This document shows, piece by piece, positions 29,752 through 42,584 of a stretch of 64,000 nucleotides of DNA. The notes below the pieces were generated by a model that did not search any database, was not told the origin of the DNA, and saw nothing but the letters and a program-made list of their open reading frames with translations. The DNA is from Kondoa subrosea. Lineage: Eukaryota. The position numbers and the translations under genes are program-made. Every line of letters begins with the position of its first letter. The first letter of the stretch is position 1. Location of the stretch: positions 1,908,484 through 1,972,483 of the forward strand of contig BCIN01000002.1 in assembly GCA_039545335.1 (NCBI GenBank), written 5' to 3'.

Positions 29752-32700
29752 ATGGATGGGGTCATACAGAATCTCACAATTCTGTGCGTCTAGCCTACCA
29801 GCAACGCAGCACGCGCTGAGCAAACAAGCAGGTACACGAACAATGATCCAGCAGCCAAAGCAGCGGCCAATACTTGGCTTCAAGGATTTCAAAAACAGGT
29901 GCGTAGAGCCGCTGCTCAAAGGGGTATATGTAGTGATTGGCCAAGTCTTATTGACAGCCTGAAGCTTGGGCTACGGCAGGAGTGATTCTGGCAGCTCCAG
30001 ATGCACCTCAAGAGCCAAAGTTGTTTGCGGCTCAAACTTTCAGATCAAAGGCAAGCTCTTGCAGATCCTTCCTGTGCACATGCTGACGTGATCAATGCAT
30101 AAAGATCACGTATGATTTGCAAGATTTAGCAGTACCAGATCGCTTGAGCTTGCGCGACTCCATACTCAATGCACTGAAAGATCCAAGCAACAGCGCTCGC
30201 ATAGTCATGAGACAGATCTGTCTGGCTTTGGCTGATCTTCTCCTGCAACTGCCTGAGTGGTCTAATGCTGTTCCGCAAATGATTGAAAACTTTGGCAAAA
30301 CACCAGAAACGGCACCAGCTCTACTCACTTTCCTTACGGTCTTGGCTGAAGAGATTACAGATAACGGGAGAATTGAACCTACAGTATGTTAATCACTCAA
30401 TCACACGGCGATACGCTCAGAATCTTGTTGTCAGAATCACGATATCGTTACTGAGGGCAACGCATCTCAAGTACTCAACCTTCTGTCTGTCTATATTCAT
30501 GCTGCAGGTCAGCTCATTCCCTTGTATACCTTCATTCGGTCTGACAATCACTTCAGGCATTACTGCAGCTTTGAGAAAGCAAGTCTTTGAATGCCTGGAT
30601 GCTTGGCTGAGGGAAGGAGCTGTCATGGCGAACACAGTTGTGACGATGCCACTATTCTCTGCTGCCTTTGACGCTCTTGCTAGCGATGATCTTTTCGATG
30701 AAGCTGTCGAAATCATTTGCACTCTCATCCACGAAACGCAAGAACTGGATGACAATGTAGAGGCAATTCAGCAGATTGTACCTCGTCTAGTCGCTCTCAA
30801 CAGTCTTATAGCAAGTTCGCTGGAAGACCACGACCGAATGCGAGGTTTCGCGAAAATCTTGTCGGAAGCTGGAGAATGGTATATTCCTTTGATTTTGCAA
30901 CACCAAGACACCTTTATGCCGATTGTTCAAGCCTTGGCTCAATGCGCACAATGTGAAGATCTCGATATCGTTGCTATTACCTTCCCCTTCTGGTATCGCC
31001 TTTCCAAAGCTGTCTCGAAGAGCCCAGACAACCCTTCGAACCAAACTTTCTTGAACATCTTCATCAACTTGGTCGATACTATCTTTGGTCATCTGAAATA
31101 TCCCGCTGACATCAACACTCTTCTGCCACAAGAGCGAGATGATTTCCGCGAATTCAGACACAATATTGGTGACACACTCAAAGATTGCTGCTCAGTGCTG
31201 GGTACAAATGCTTGCCTATCAAGGGCATTCGAGATGATGACTGGAGAACTGAATAAGGGCAACAGTGCTCAATGGCAAGCGATTGAAGCACCTTTGTTTG
31301 CTATGCGGTCAATGGGTGCGAAAGTGGATCCGAAAGATAACAGCATTCTACCTCAGATTATGGAAGTCCTTGCTAAACTTCCCGCTCACCCCAAAATTCG
31401 TTATGCTGCTATTCTGGTGATTTCGAGATATACCGAATGGACAAATCAACATCCAGAACATATACCGTTTCAACTCACTTATATATCCGCTGGCTTTGGA
31501 GACCAAGATCAAGATGTCTGGCTTGCTTCTTCTTCTGCTCTGAAATACCTTTGTGAAGATTGTCAAAATGTGCGTTTTCTCGTTGTTTGGATTTGGCATA
31601 CCCTTTCAAACGCTCAGTATTGGTATTTGATACTCACAGCATATGATACCATATCTACCTCAATTACATACCTACTTGCAAGATCTTGGTAGTCGTTTAC
31701 CACCGGATGATCTGCTCACGATTTCTCAAGGCATTGCTCATATCATTTCTGCAATGCCTACTAATGATGCCATTGATGCACTGAACCTCTTCTGTAAACC
31801 TCTTCTTCAGCAAGTGATGCAACTCTGCAGCCAAGACAATGTTGATCGCGCTACCATGAAATCAGCCGAAAGTAAGCGATTAGCTATCTTTGTCAATCAC
31901 ATCTCGCTGATTATAATACGAGATATGCTCGAACGGCTGGACGCCTTCTTGAACATCTGCCGTCTGCCTTATGGATCTCTTCCACCAACATGTCAGCAGA
32001 CTTGTGCTGAAGCCTGGTCAATATTGGATAATATTTTTGCTCGACATGGTCACACCCGATCAGTTTCTGAATCTGCTTGTGCTGTCGTCCGTCGTGGTAT
32101 GGACTTCTTCCATGATATGATTCTACCTATTGCGCCAGCTATCATCAACAGAATGGCTACATGTTTTGGAACGACTGGACAGTCTGGCTACTTGTGGATT
32201 ACGAGTAAATTGGCGCCATTAGCTTCAAAGCAAGGTGGTGAAGCAGTATACCAAGCATTGGCTCTTGCTTTCGAGTCTGAAAGTCAAAAGATGTTTACTG
32301 TATTACGGGACACGCCAATAAACAGCTGTTCAGATCGTAAGAGCCATCCGTGTTCATTTTTACCTTACCTTGGATCTGACGAATTGCTCCAGTGGTGGAA
32401 GATTATCTTCTGCTCCTCAGTGCCATTTACAGAGGGGCACCTGATCTGCTTTTCCTTTCGCCAAATCTTCCGGCTATTCTCATCGTAACAACCTCTGCTC
32501 TATCTTTGGTCAGTCCGACCGTAATTCGAAACGCAACAGACTTCATTATCGATGTGATTGGTCACGAATGTCTATCAGCTACACCGAATGTACCAAAAGC
32601 GGCCGAATACAGCGCAGCCATTCGTGCAGCAATCGTCCAATCTGGCTTTCAGATAGTTGCTGCTCTACTTCTTGGTCTGATCACAGAATTCGAAGATACA

Positions 32701-33159
32701 GCCACAACTATAACAGCTTTCCGAATCTTTGCAGATCGATTCCCGCAGGACTTTGCTTCCTGGATCCCGGCTGCTCTTTCGCAGATACCAGTCAAGGCCT
32801 TGGGTCAAACGGATAGGGATCTATTCCTAACTAGATTTGCTGAGTACATTCATTCTTCTGCTTGTTTGGCCAAATCTGGATCTGACTGAATTATTCGCGT
32901 GCAGCTCTATGAACAGCGGTAGTTTGCCAAGTGTCAGAGAAGCATTTGTCATTCTCGACCGAGTGTCCCGCAAAGTAAGTAGTCTCTATCTCATTGAACG
33001 GAACTCGACTTATCAAATATTGTTCTAGGCAAAAAGCAGAGCGTATGTCGCATTCTGCGCTTGTGAAAGCCTGTGATGTGTACTGATATGTCTTGCAGTT
33101 GGGCGGAAGAGCGCGAGGCCCGCAAGCTTGGGATGCCAGCCTTAATACGTGGGTGCTAA
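29752..33159 (+). CDS. MTR10: Transportin-SR / Mtr10 importin-beta family nuclear import receptor
   Basis: MDGVIQNLTILYTNNDPAAKAAANTWLQGFQK, LFAAQTFRSK, ITYDLQDL, FREFRHNIGDTLKDCC, WQAIEAPLFAMRSMG, HPKIRYAA. 3' end uncertain. Confidence 0.92.
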
Positions 33160-33683
33160 CTCTTACTCTGCTCTGCAAATGCTGACAGAGCCTTGGCTAC
33201 AGCTGCTACAGATTAATGTTAGAGAAAGAGTAAAAGGGAGCATAAGGACTCGTGAGCAGAGCAGTACGAGCACAGAGCAATATAGACGTATCTTGTCCCG
33301 GACCATGAGCGCTCGAAACAGAAAAGTCGAAGAAGTAAATTCTGCTCTTCCGGCTCTCACCAACCATCTCAATGTCATCTAGACCAGGCCATCCAAGTCC
33401 ATCACAGCATCAGAGTGGTCTGCCAAACTTGAAGCTGCTAACGTGAACAAAGAGTAAGTTTCTACTCTGCGATATCTCTGTGCTGTAGCTTTGCGCACAA
33501 GCGCATCGAGTGCAAGCTGCTGTCGTGGGCCTGCAACGTGTTGTCTGCGGCTTTGGCATCTCCAAGCTGAAAGTCAAACACTTTTGCCTAACGCACCTCT
33601 GTGCACACTCGTTCAATGCATCATATGATGACTTTCAAATGGGAATCTCTTGCCTGGAAGCGTACAAAGCTACGAACTTTCAA

Positions 33684-34729
33684 ATGGCGTCAACAATCAT
33701 TGTTAAATATCTGAATCAACTTTTCTTGAAATGTCAACGGCCTTCGAGGACCGAGCTCATTGCTTTCTCGCACAGGGATCTCAATCGATTAGTACTAGAT
33801 TATTTGGTTGTAGAAGGCTATAAGAATGCAGCGGAAAATTTCACTCGCGAGTCTGGCATGGAATCCGTCAATGTCGAAGCGATAGATCAACGAACAGCTA
33901 TCCGCAACGCCATACATCGAGGAGATATCGAATCTGCGATAGAACAACTGAACGATCTGAACAGCGAGGTAGCTTTCCACCTCTTCTTTCTCTGTGTTTC
34001 CTCTACTATGATTCAACTTTTACATGCACCACTCTCAGAAAGCTTCCCTGTATCATCTCTTCTGATGTTGGGGTTCAAGCTTTCCTTGATGATTTGTGAC
34101 ACAACCAAAACCGTCCGAATGAGTTCCCCTTTTTCTTAGTATCAAAGTCTTGTCGCGGGAAGAACCTTAGCTGATCATTGGCCTGCGCACAGATTCTTGA
34201 CACAAATCCTGCACTTTATTTCCACCTTCAGCAGCAACGGCTGATCGAGCTGATCCGTCAAGGCAAAATTTCGGACGCTCTAATTTTCGCTCAAACGGAA
34301 TTAGCACCGAGGGGAGAAGAGAATCCAGCTTTCCTTGGAGAACTGGAACGAACTATGGCACTCCTGGCATTCGAACTACCGAAGCTAAATGTCGTTTCTT
34401 CTGCCAAATCAGCTCCAGCACCGACAAGTAAGGGCAAGAGCAAAGAGACAGACGCATCAGCTTCTGTTCTGCCTGCCTCTCTCAACGCACTCTTGCAACC
34501 AGCACAGCGACAGCGAACAGCAACAGAAGTCAACGCTGCTATTCTCAAGAGCCAAAATCATGGATCGGAACCTAAATTACCTAATCTGTTGAAGATGTTG
34601 GCATATGGCGAAGATCTTCTTCAGACAAAGGTAGTCAGCTTTCCCCGTTTGGACATGAATGACCTCCTGTCCAAGAGCAAGCCGAAAGTGGATGAGAAGG
34701 AAGACGCGGTGCAGGATATGGAGTTGTAG
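33684..34729 (+). CDS. GID8: GID/CTLH complex subunit Gid8 (LisH-CTLH-CRA)
   Basis: DLNRLVLDYLVVEGYKNAAENF, AIEQLNDLN, ILDTNPALYFHLQQQRLIELIR, ELAPRGEENP, LERTMALLAF. Start codon uncertain. Confidence 0.9.
34005..34125 (+). ncRNA. Intronic box C/D snoRNA, snR40-like (predicted guide for the 18S Gm1271-equivalent)
   Basis: Inside the 224-nt GID8 intron (33969-34192): C-like ATGATT 34008, guide CATGCACCAC 34023-34032 antisense to 18S GUGGUGCAUG, D'-like CTCA, stem GAAAGCTT/AAGCTTTC, C' TGATGA 34087, degenerate D box near 34115-34122. Confidence 0.7.
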
Positions 34730-34924
34730 TTGTTCTGGGATGCTTTGTTGTAATACGTGCTTTGTAATATTATCCGCATCATGCATTTCACCCAAAGCGG
34801 CATTGCAATGCCATGAACTCCTGATTTCATTTAACATTCCTTGTCAACAAACGTCGGAGAAGCTCATTATACCTCTGGAAGCAATACCAGTGTCGTGGAC
34901 TGTAGTGGATGCCCTGTCTGCGCG

Positions 34925-37900
34925 ATGACCTCTCTGCCTTCCGAACTCTCAACATATGTTGACGATCCTGGTGCACGCGTCCTCACGATTCAGGCTGCAC
35001 ACATGCTAGCGGCACATGAATCGGCGCTCGTTCCCACCCTGATTCCTCAACGCTGGGCAGCTCTGGTAAGCAATAGCTCGATTGTCCTGAGGTTGTCACT
35101 GCGAGCATCTTCTTTCATCGGTCGGTCTTCATCTTCTGTTGCTGAATAAGTCACTGATATGTCCCGTAGTGGATAATCTGATCGAAGCGGCACGAATCTC
35201 TACACATACTGGAATCGGTCTGACCAGACGGGCCTTGATCGCAGCTCTCGCTTCAGCACAATTACATCATGAAACGTCGAATGCTCTCAGTAAAGTACCA
35301 CATCAAGACAGAGACTACATTAGCGCAATAGAAGACTGGACGACGTCCTTCTCGGTAAACATAAACTCTGCCCTCTCGCTCGTCGAGCTCTTTGTGGCTT
35401 CCGGCTTTTCCCTCACATCTTGCTTCATTGGGAATGCATTCATGGCTGCTGAAGAATCAGTTAGGATGATTGATAATGTCTTTGGATCAAACGATACTTC
35501 TCGAGCCATATCGTCGATTGTATGTTTTTATAAGGCATGAAAGGCAAAGAGGAACATCTGAAGCTCTATCTGAACAGATTTTGATGACGCAGCGCGAGTT
35601 TCGACACTCAGAAGATCACCCAATAGCTCAAGCTGGCACATTGGTCTCGATCACGGCTCTGACGAAAGCCATTACAGCTTTTGCTTGCCTTCAAGCTGTC
35701 ACACATAATCGCAGCATGTCCAAAGTGAAGCATAGTGTTCTTTGTGATGCGATTGTAGGATCTGCCAGATCGGAGAATGATACCAAGCAAGAAGTCTCAG
35801 ATCGGCCAAAGCAATTCACGGTCGAATCACGTCGACTCCTGCCACAAGACGTCAAGTCAAGACCGAGCTCGTCAACAGGATCAAAGTTTCGTAGGCGCAA
35901 ATCGTTCATGGACTTGAAAGAAACAGAAGAAATCTCGGAAGAACGTAGCGCAATTATAGAAGCTACGCCTTGGCCATCGAAATCCCATCCATTCATCCGA
36001 CAACAGAACGCAAATTGGAATGACCTTGCCAATGAATTGGCTGCCGCGGAAGATCTCTCTTCTCAGATACAGCGTCACAATGAATCGCTTAATCGCATGC
36101 CGGAAGACCAGCGATACCATCTGACTCTGAAGTCTGTAACTACTCGCATTACGAAGAATCGCAAGCGAGCACACGAAGAGCAGTACCTTGGCGAATCAGA
36201 TACTGATTCGCTACGATCTGTGGAAGTAGAGAATCCCGGTGAACCACCTCCAAAGTCAAGTGGTCTTTTCAATCGTATCCGAGGAGCATTTGCAAGAAGC
36301 CCAAGGAAGAGAAGCAAAAGCGGAGAGACCGTTAATCAGGACATTGCGAATTCAGAACAGCAGACACCAGCTTCCTTTGTTACGTATGAAGAAGATCGTT
36401 CAATAGGGACTGATCAATCCAGCTCGAATAATTCACCAGATATTCCAAACGAAGAATACGAGCATGCCACTTTTCCACAAGGCCATTATGCATTCAATCT
36501 GCGCAAATACATGAAATATTCGTCGTCTGCCTATGGTCATCTGTTCATGAACCTGATGGGTATCAATCGCGAATACAAGAAAGAAGCAATGTCGCCACAT
36601 CACGCAAATATAGTGAGCTGCTTGCCGCGCAGTAGTATCGCTCCCGCTGATGCTTGTTGCAGCACGCATTTTGCCTACATAACGGAATTGAGCTGCAAGA
36701 TGTCCTTCTATCTTCTTTCATGGATGACTCTTTTGGCGGTTTTGGCGATAACGATAGACACCGGATTATTTCCTACGTCAGTTTGGATCACGAAGCCAAG
36801 GCAGTTGTATTGACTTGCAGGCAAGTCTTTACTGTTCAGCAGCTCTCACATGCTCGAGCTGACTGAATAATCCAGAGGTAGCTGGGGTTTCAGCGATATC
36901 GTATATTAAGGCTTCCTGACGAGAAGATCTGAAATGCTGATGATTACACTTAGTTAACCGACTTATGCGCCGACTTCCAACTGGTTTCGCTACCCGGGTC
37001 ACCTGAAGGGTATTTCTTTGCCCACAGTGGGATATTGCGCGCCGCTCAGCATCTGTCGTCGATTCGCAACTCTGTGCATCAAGTCATCACGAAAGCTTTA
37101 TCTCGATATCCAGATTATGGACTGTGAGCTGTTCTGCTTGCCGTGTGTCTCTGAGGCTGATTGCTGCCTCTAAGGATTCTGACCGGTCATTCTCTGGGCG
37201 GAGCTGTTTGCACTTTGCTCGGCCTGCTTTTGGCAACACCTGCAACGACTTATTATGCAGATGAGATCAACAAACCTCGCCGTTCCGCATTTTTCACCGG
37301 AACAAGTTCAGGCCTACCTGCTGGTCGACCAATTCATGTATTTGCTTATGGTCCTGCTGCATGCGTCTCTTCCGATTTAGCGGCTTATTCTTCTGGATTG
37401 GTCACTTCCGTCACGCACAATAACGACATTGTGTCGTTTCTTTCACTTGGAACGCTAAGAGATCTCAAAAGTATGGCTGTCACCCTCTACGATGAAAAGA
37501 GTGAGCTATACTTCTATTGCTGCGGCAGTCACTTACATACAGCATAGATCTGGCCGAGCACATTATAGCAAGAGTAATCGGTTTCCAACGCAATCGTTCG
37601 CAAGTCAACACTCCGTCGAGTGCAGACGAGGGCAATTACAACACTAGTTCCGAAGGGCAACTCACTACTAGCAAAAGAATGCCAATGAGTGCTGCTACGA
37701 ATCATCAAGATGAGGTGGATCTAGACAATTATTATTGGTCGCTGTAAGTGTCCTTTGGTCTCATCAGCATGCCTTACTTATCTGTACTGCAGCATTTCTA
37801 CTATGAGGGCTTCCAGCTCGCACGAGAAACTTTATCCTGCTGGCAAGGTTCTGAACATTGCACTGCAAGAAGCGTCCAGGACAATTGAGGTCGATGGTCG

Positions 37901-38148
37901 TGTGGTCTCACAACAGGCGTAAGCCTTCTCAGCGTTAGTTACTGTTGCGAGTTTTGCTAATTCTACTTAGATTACGAGTGATTCTCAAATCAATTGACGA
38001 TGTCGAGACCGCCTATCGAGAGCCTCTGTTCGCTCGCAGTATGTTGTTAGATCATAGGTGGGTAGTATTGCCTACAAATATATATCTGCTAACCATATAT
38101 CAGTCCTGTTGGCTACGAACGAGCATTGAACACCTTGTACGTATTTTA
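34925..38148 (+). CDS. Class 3 lipase (diacylglycerol-lipase-like) with long N-terminal region
   Basis: YMKYSSSAYG, SLDHEAKAVVLTCRG, AHSGIL, GHSLGG nucleophile elbow, HVFAYGP, DIVSFLSLG, KLYPAG, MLLDH. Confidence 0.88.
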
Positions 38149-38279
38149 ATCCTGATCTATCGCAGCACTAATGGTTTCGACATATAGGGTCGAAGCTGTG
38201 TATGTTTGAATTTCTTTTGTAGTGTATTACTCGGTGTACATTTGCATGTCATGTAATATATAGCACCTCGAATGGGGAG

Positions 38280-39082
38280 TCAGTGTTGTGCTTTCCCTGC
38301 AATCTGATCCAGACGGGCTGCTAGCAACGGTTCCAGGACCTTATATGTACTCTCGAAACCTTCCGGCTCGTAATAAGGATCCTTTGCGAAAGTATTAGTA
38401 ACGCACAGCTTCAAGCTCAACCTCGCGGACCTTAACAGCTGAAGTAGAGGAATCAATTCAGGATGTTCTAATACATAGCCTGACGTAGATCTCACCATCT
38501 TCACCCAGCATTTCAAGCTTTGCCTTGCCCTCTGGAACACTGGCTTGCAAGTGCTTCAGATCTTCCAAGTTCTGTTCATCGAGAGCGAACTAAAAGAGAC
38601 GTCAGAAGCTGAATGTAAGGTAAACTCGCATGGAACTTGCAATATAATCAAAATCTCGGAAGTGTTGTTTCGTCGTTTGTTGAGCCCTAGAATTGATTTC
38701 TACTCCATGTTCTGCACAGACTTTCCTAGAGCGACCATCTGGCATTTCTCCGATGTGGTATGCAGAGGTCCCAGAGCTCTCTGTTGATCAGTTTCAATTA
38801 GTACATCAACGTGTCTCCTGCTATATCGCGAGACTTACCTACCTATACGATCGAACTTGTCTTGCAATCCTCTTTCATTGACCATATGCTTGAAAAGCGC
38901 TCCAGCGATTGGGCTTCGACATCTTGAGAAGAAGGTTCAGAGCATGACTCTGTTACAGAAGAAAAGGACATGAAATACATGTTGCTGCAAGCAAGACACA
39001 TTCAATTGAGAAACATAGCCAGGCGAGAAGAACACTAGACAAACCCAAGACAGACAAACATCACCGATTGTTTCGCGCTCAT
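38280..39082 (-). CDS. LTP1: Low-molecular-weight protein tyrosine phosphatase
   Basis: Spliced MSAKQSVMFVCLG-NI-CRSPIA P-loop and C-terminal DPYY motif. Confidence 0.9.
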
Positions 39083-39142
39083 TTTGTCAAGCACAGCGAA
39101 GCAAGGCAGAAGAAGCGGTGTTGCTGGCACGGCCACGCAGGA

Positions 39143-39441
39143 ATGAACACGGAGACTCAAAAGGACTCGCCTGCAATAGCGCAAGTCAGGTCACTGTTAC
39201 ACTCAAGGGTTTTGGTGCAGGTTAATGAAGACGACAGGCGTATCGTTGGAACCTGTAAGCTCTCTGCTGCAGTACAGGACAGTGCTTGCTTATCATATTT
39301 TGAGCAGTCATAAGCCTTGATTCCGATGGGTCCGTCGTGCTCGACAATGCAAGTCAGACATCATCAACAGGGGTCTCGAAGGACATTGGCATGGCTCTAC
39401 TGAAACGATCGTCTATTATCGCTATGACCAGAAGCGATTGA
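39143..39441 (+). CDS. Small Sm/Lsm-fold protein, probably NatC subunit Mak31/Naa38
   Basis: VRSLLHSRVLVQVNEDDRRIVGT|FIALDSDGSVVLDNA...IGMALL after removing intron 39255-39308. Confidence 0.65.
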
Positions 39442-40112
39442 AGCATTGGTCTTACATGCAATCCGTTATTGGGAATACAAGCTCAGTTGCAATTATTGAT
39501 GTGCGTTAAATATCTTTATTCTGTGAACTGCTCGGCTGAATATTATTCACTCTTACATAGCTTCTCTTAATGTTCGGATAATGAACTTATGTGTCAGATG
39601 CAACCGGAAGTGTACAGCGACTCGAGCAATGCTTCAAGTAAACTTCACCCAATTTGCAACATATCGAAGCTGGTTCTGTTGTTTTCAGTCAGCGAGGCAC
39701 TTCACCATGCAGATAAGCCAATACTCTTCTCGAATCGCCGCAGACTTATATTTGCCTTCCTTTCTCGTCCTTACTCTGTATTTCTCCTGATCGCAAACGC
39801 CCACGTTCCTCCGCGGAGCATTTCGGGTTCCGCTGACTAGTAATGCTGCGATGGTGCTGTTGCACGCTGTCCATCTGTATTGCCAAGAGTCCAGGTTACT
39901 GGTTAAACTTCAGGAGAGTTTCACCGAACAAAGTCCACTGGGGATTTATTGCTTGGCACTCACAACTTAAGGGCCCCAAGTAGGGTGCTCCACACTCACA
40001 ACAGGCTCGTTGCTTCCTCTATAGTCTGCGTCTTTCTTTCTTCTTTCTTCATCTTCCTCTCAATATCTCCTTTTCAAACTCTCTACCTTCTTTTCAACTC
40101 TCGCGAAAGAAC

Positions 40113-42340
40113 ATGTCTCAATTAGAACACAGAAGCTCCGACATAGACGAGAAGCAGTCCGACGCCCAGTATGAACATGCTGGCAAGTCGCAGGTACCAC
40201 GCATCTCCAGTACATGCAATATGTAACTTATGCAAGATCTGTTAAAGGCTGTTGAAGACCCTGCTCAGATAAAGAGAATCTTGCGGAAATGTGATTTAAG
40301 AATCCTTCCAGGTATGTTTCTTCCGAATCCTGCGCATAGAGCTGATGTCTTCGTTTCCTAGTCATGTCTATCCTCTATCTGCTGTCATTCTTGGACCGTA
40401 CTGCGTATGTCTTTCTCCAAAATATCATGCCTCTTCCGTTTACGTTCTGGCTCAGAATCGGAAATGCACGAATTGCAGGCTTGGCGAAAGACCTTAAAAT
40501 GACTCCAATGCAGTACAACATAACTGTTACAGGTAAGATTGCGAGCGCTGCAGAAGAAGACCTAAGCTGAACATGCTTCTACAGTCTTCTTCATTCTTTA
40601 CGGTTTACTCGAAGTCCCATCAAACTTGATGTTGAAGAAATTCGGAGCTTCCAAGTGGCTAGCATTTATCATGTTCTGGTGGGGAACGATCATGACCCTG
40701 ACTTCTCTCGTCAAATCATACCATGGTCTTTTGGTCGCTCGCCTGTTCCTTGGTGCAGCTGGTGCGCTGAGGGTTTTCTGAGATCAGGAGGCTTCTTGCT
40801 AATCTGTATACTTGACGTCTGTAGAAGCTGGACTTTTCCCCGGAGTTACTTACTGTAAGTAAGATCATGCTCTGAGTACGACAAGGCTCATCCTCCCTTA
40901 CAGATCTGACTTGCTGGTACAAACGATCTGAGTCGCAATTCCGTGTCGGTTTCGTATGTTACACTTGTTGCGTACATTCTTTTCGGTAGCTTACGTGCGT
41001 CTCTACACCAGTTCTTCGGCGCTGCAACGATAGCCGGGGCTTTCGGAGGCTTGTTGGCATTCGGTCTGACCAAAATCGATGCTGGCTCTATAAAAGGCTG
41101 GTGAGTCACTTGTCATCAGTAGCTTTCACGTCACTTACCCGCTCTCAGGGGTTGGCTCTTCTTAGTCGAAGGTCTTTTGACCGTGGCAGCCGCTATATTC
41201 GCGTACTTTGCAATCACCGACACCCCTAGACAAGCCAAGTGGCTCACTGAGGAAGAGAAAACTATCATGGAAGAGCGTCTCAAATACGATGGTGTCGATG
41301 TTCCTATGTCCAGTCACTTTGCGTGGAAATTTGTCAGAGCAGGTATCTTTGACTGGAAGATCTGGACCACATTGTAAGTCAAGAATTTCTTCAGCAACAA
41401 CTTCTTTGTTCGTTAATATTCATACTTCTTCTCTCAGCGTCATCTATGTTTGCACTCTCACGCCAGTCTACTCTGTCGCCCTCAATTTGCCTGCTATCAC
41501 CGTTGGTCTGGGCTACACAGGTCCTCATGCGCAGTTGATAACCGTAAGTACTCTTCTCTCTGCATTGCCTTCCCTTGCTTATTTCCTTGTAGGTCCCCGT
41601 CTACATAGCTGCTGCCATCTCCGTTATCGTCTTGGCTCTCATTGCGGACAAGTATAGAGTTCGCTCTCATATCCTTGTGTTCGGTATGACCACGTCAATG
41701 TGAGCCAAGTCTATCGTAAAGATGTTCTTACGTTTTGACTGAACAAACTCTTTTAGGATCGGATATATTATTCTATACGTCTCCTACACCAGTGGAGTGC
41801 GATACTTTGGTGCCTTCTTGGCTGCATGCGGTGCCTATGGATGTTTCCCTGCTATCGGTGAGCACTACTCCAAGAAAAGGCAATTTTCTAAGCTAAACTT
41901 CTTATCCAGTGGTCTTGGTTGCCAACAACTCAGGGGGGAGCACCAAGCGAGCTACCCAAATAGCTATTCTGGTCGGAATCGGAGGCAATGCGGGAATGAT
42001 CTCGTCAAACATCTGTAAGGCTTTTGTTCTTCAAAGGATTGCCGTTTGGCTTACGCCTTCTCTGCTCCTAGTCGTCGCTAAAGATGCTCCTCACTATGGT
42101 CCTGGTGTTCTTATCAACATCTGCCTTTGCGCATCGGCCGTAGTCGTCACACTCCTCAACGCGTTCTGTTTACGCGCTGCTAATGCTCGAAAGCAACGTA
42201 TGATTGATTCCGGCGCTGCTGCGAAGCTCACAAACGAAGAACTTGCTGACATGGGTGATGAAAACGTATGTCATCAATTTGCTGAAGATCGCAGTTTACT
42301 TATTCGTTCCTCTTAGCCATTCTTCAAATACACCATCTAG
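40113..42340 (+). CDS. MFS transporter of the allantoate/nicotinate permease (Dal5/Tna1, ACS) family
   Basis: RILRKCDLRILP, LSFLDR, IGNARIAGL, EVPSNL, EAGLFPG, WLFLVEGLLT, AKWLTEEEK, ANNSGGSTKRA, FKYTI-stop; highly intron-fragmented. Confidence 0.9.
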
Positions 42341-42584
42341 AATAACTTAGACTAGACGGACGAGGAAAAAATCTGGGAGGAAATCATAGTGTGTTTAGGG
42401 TTGTAACTTCTTATGCAATGTATAATTGGTCGTTCTCTGGTATTACATTCGGAACCTTTACAATACAAATGGCTTACTTCAGCCAGGTAAATACCCTCTG
42501 CGATTCTGACAGGGTTACATCTCACAAGACACTAAGGTTGATGCGTGATTCCGCGTTCCTTCACTGAACCTAAGCTATTTCAAT

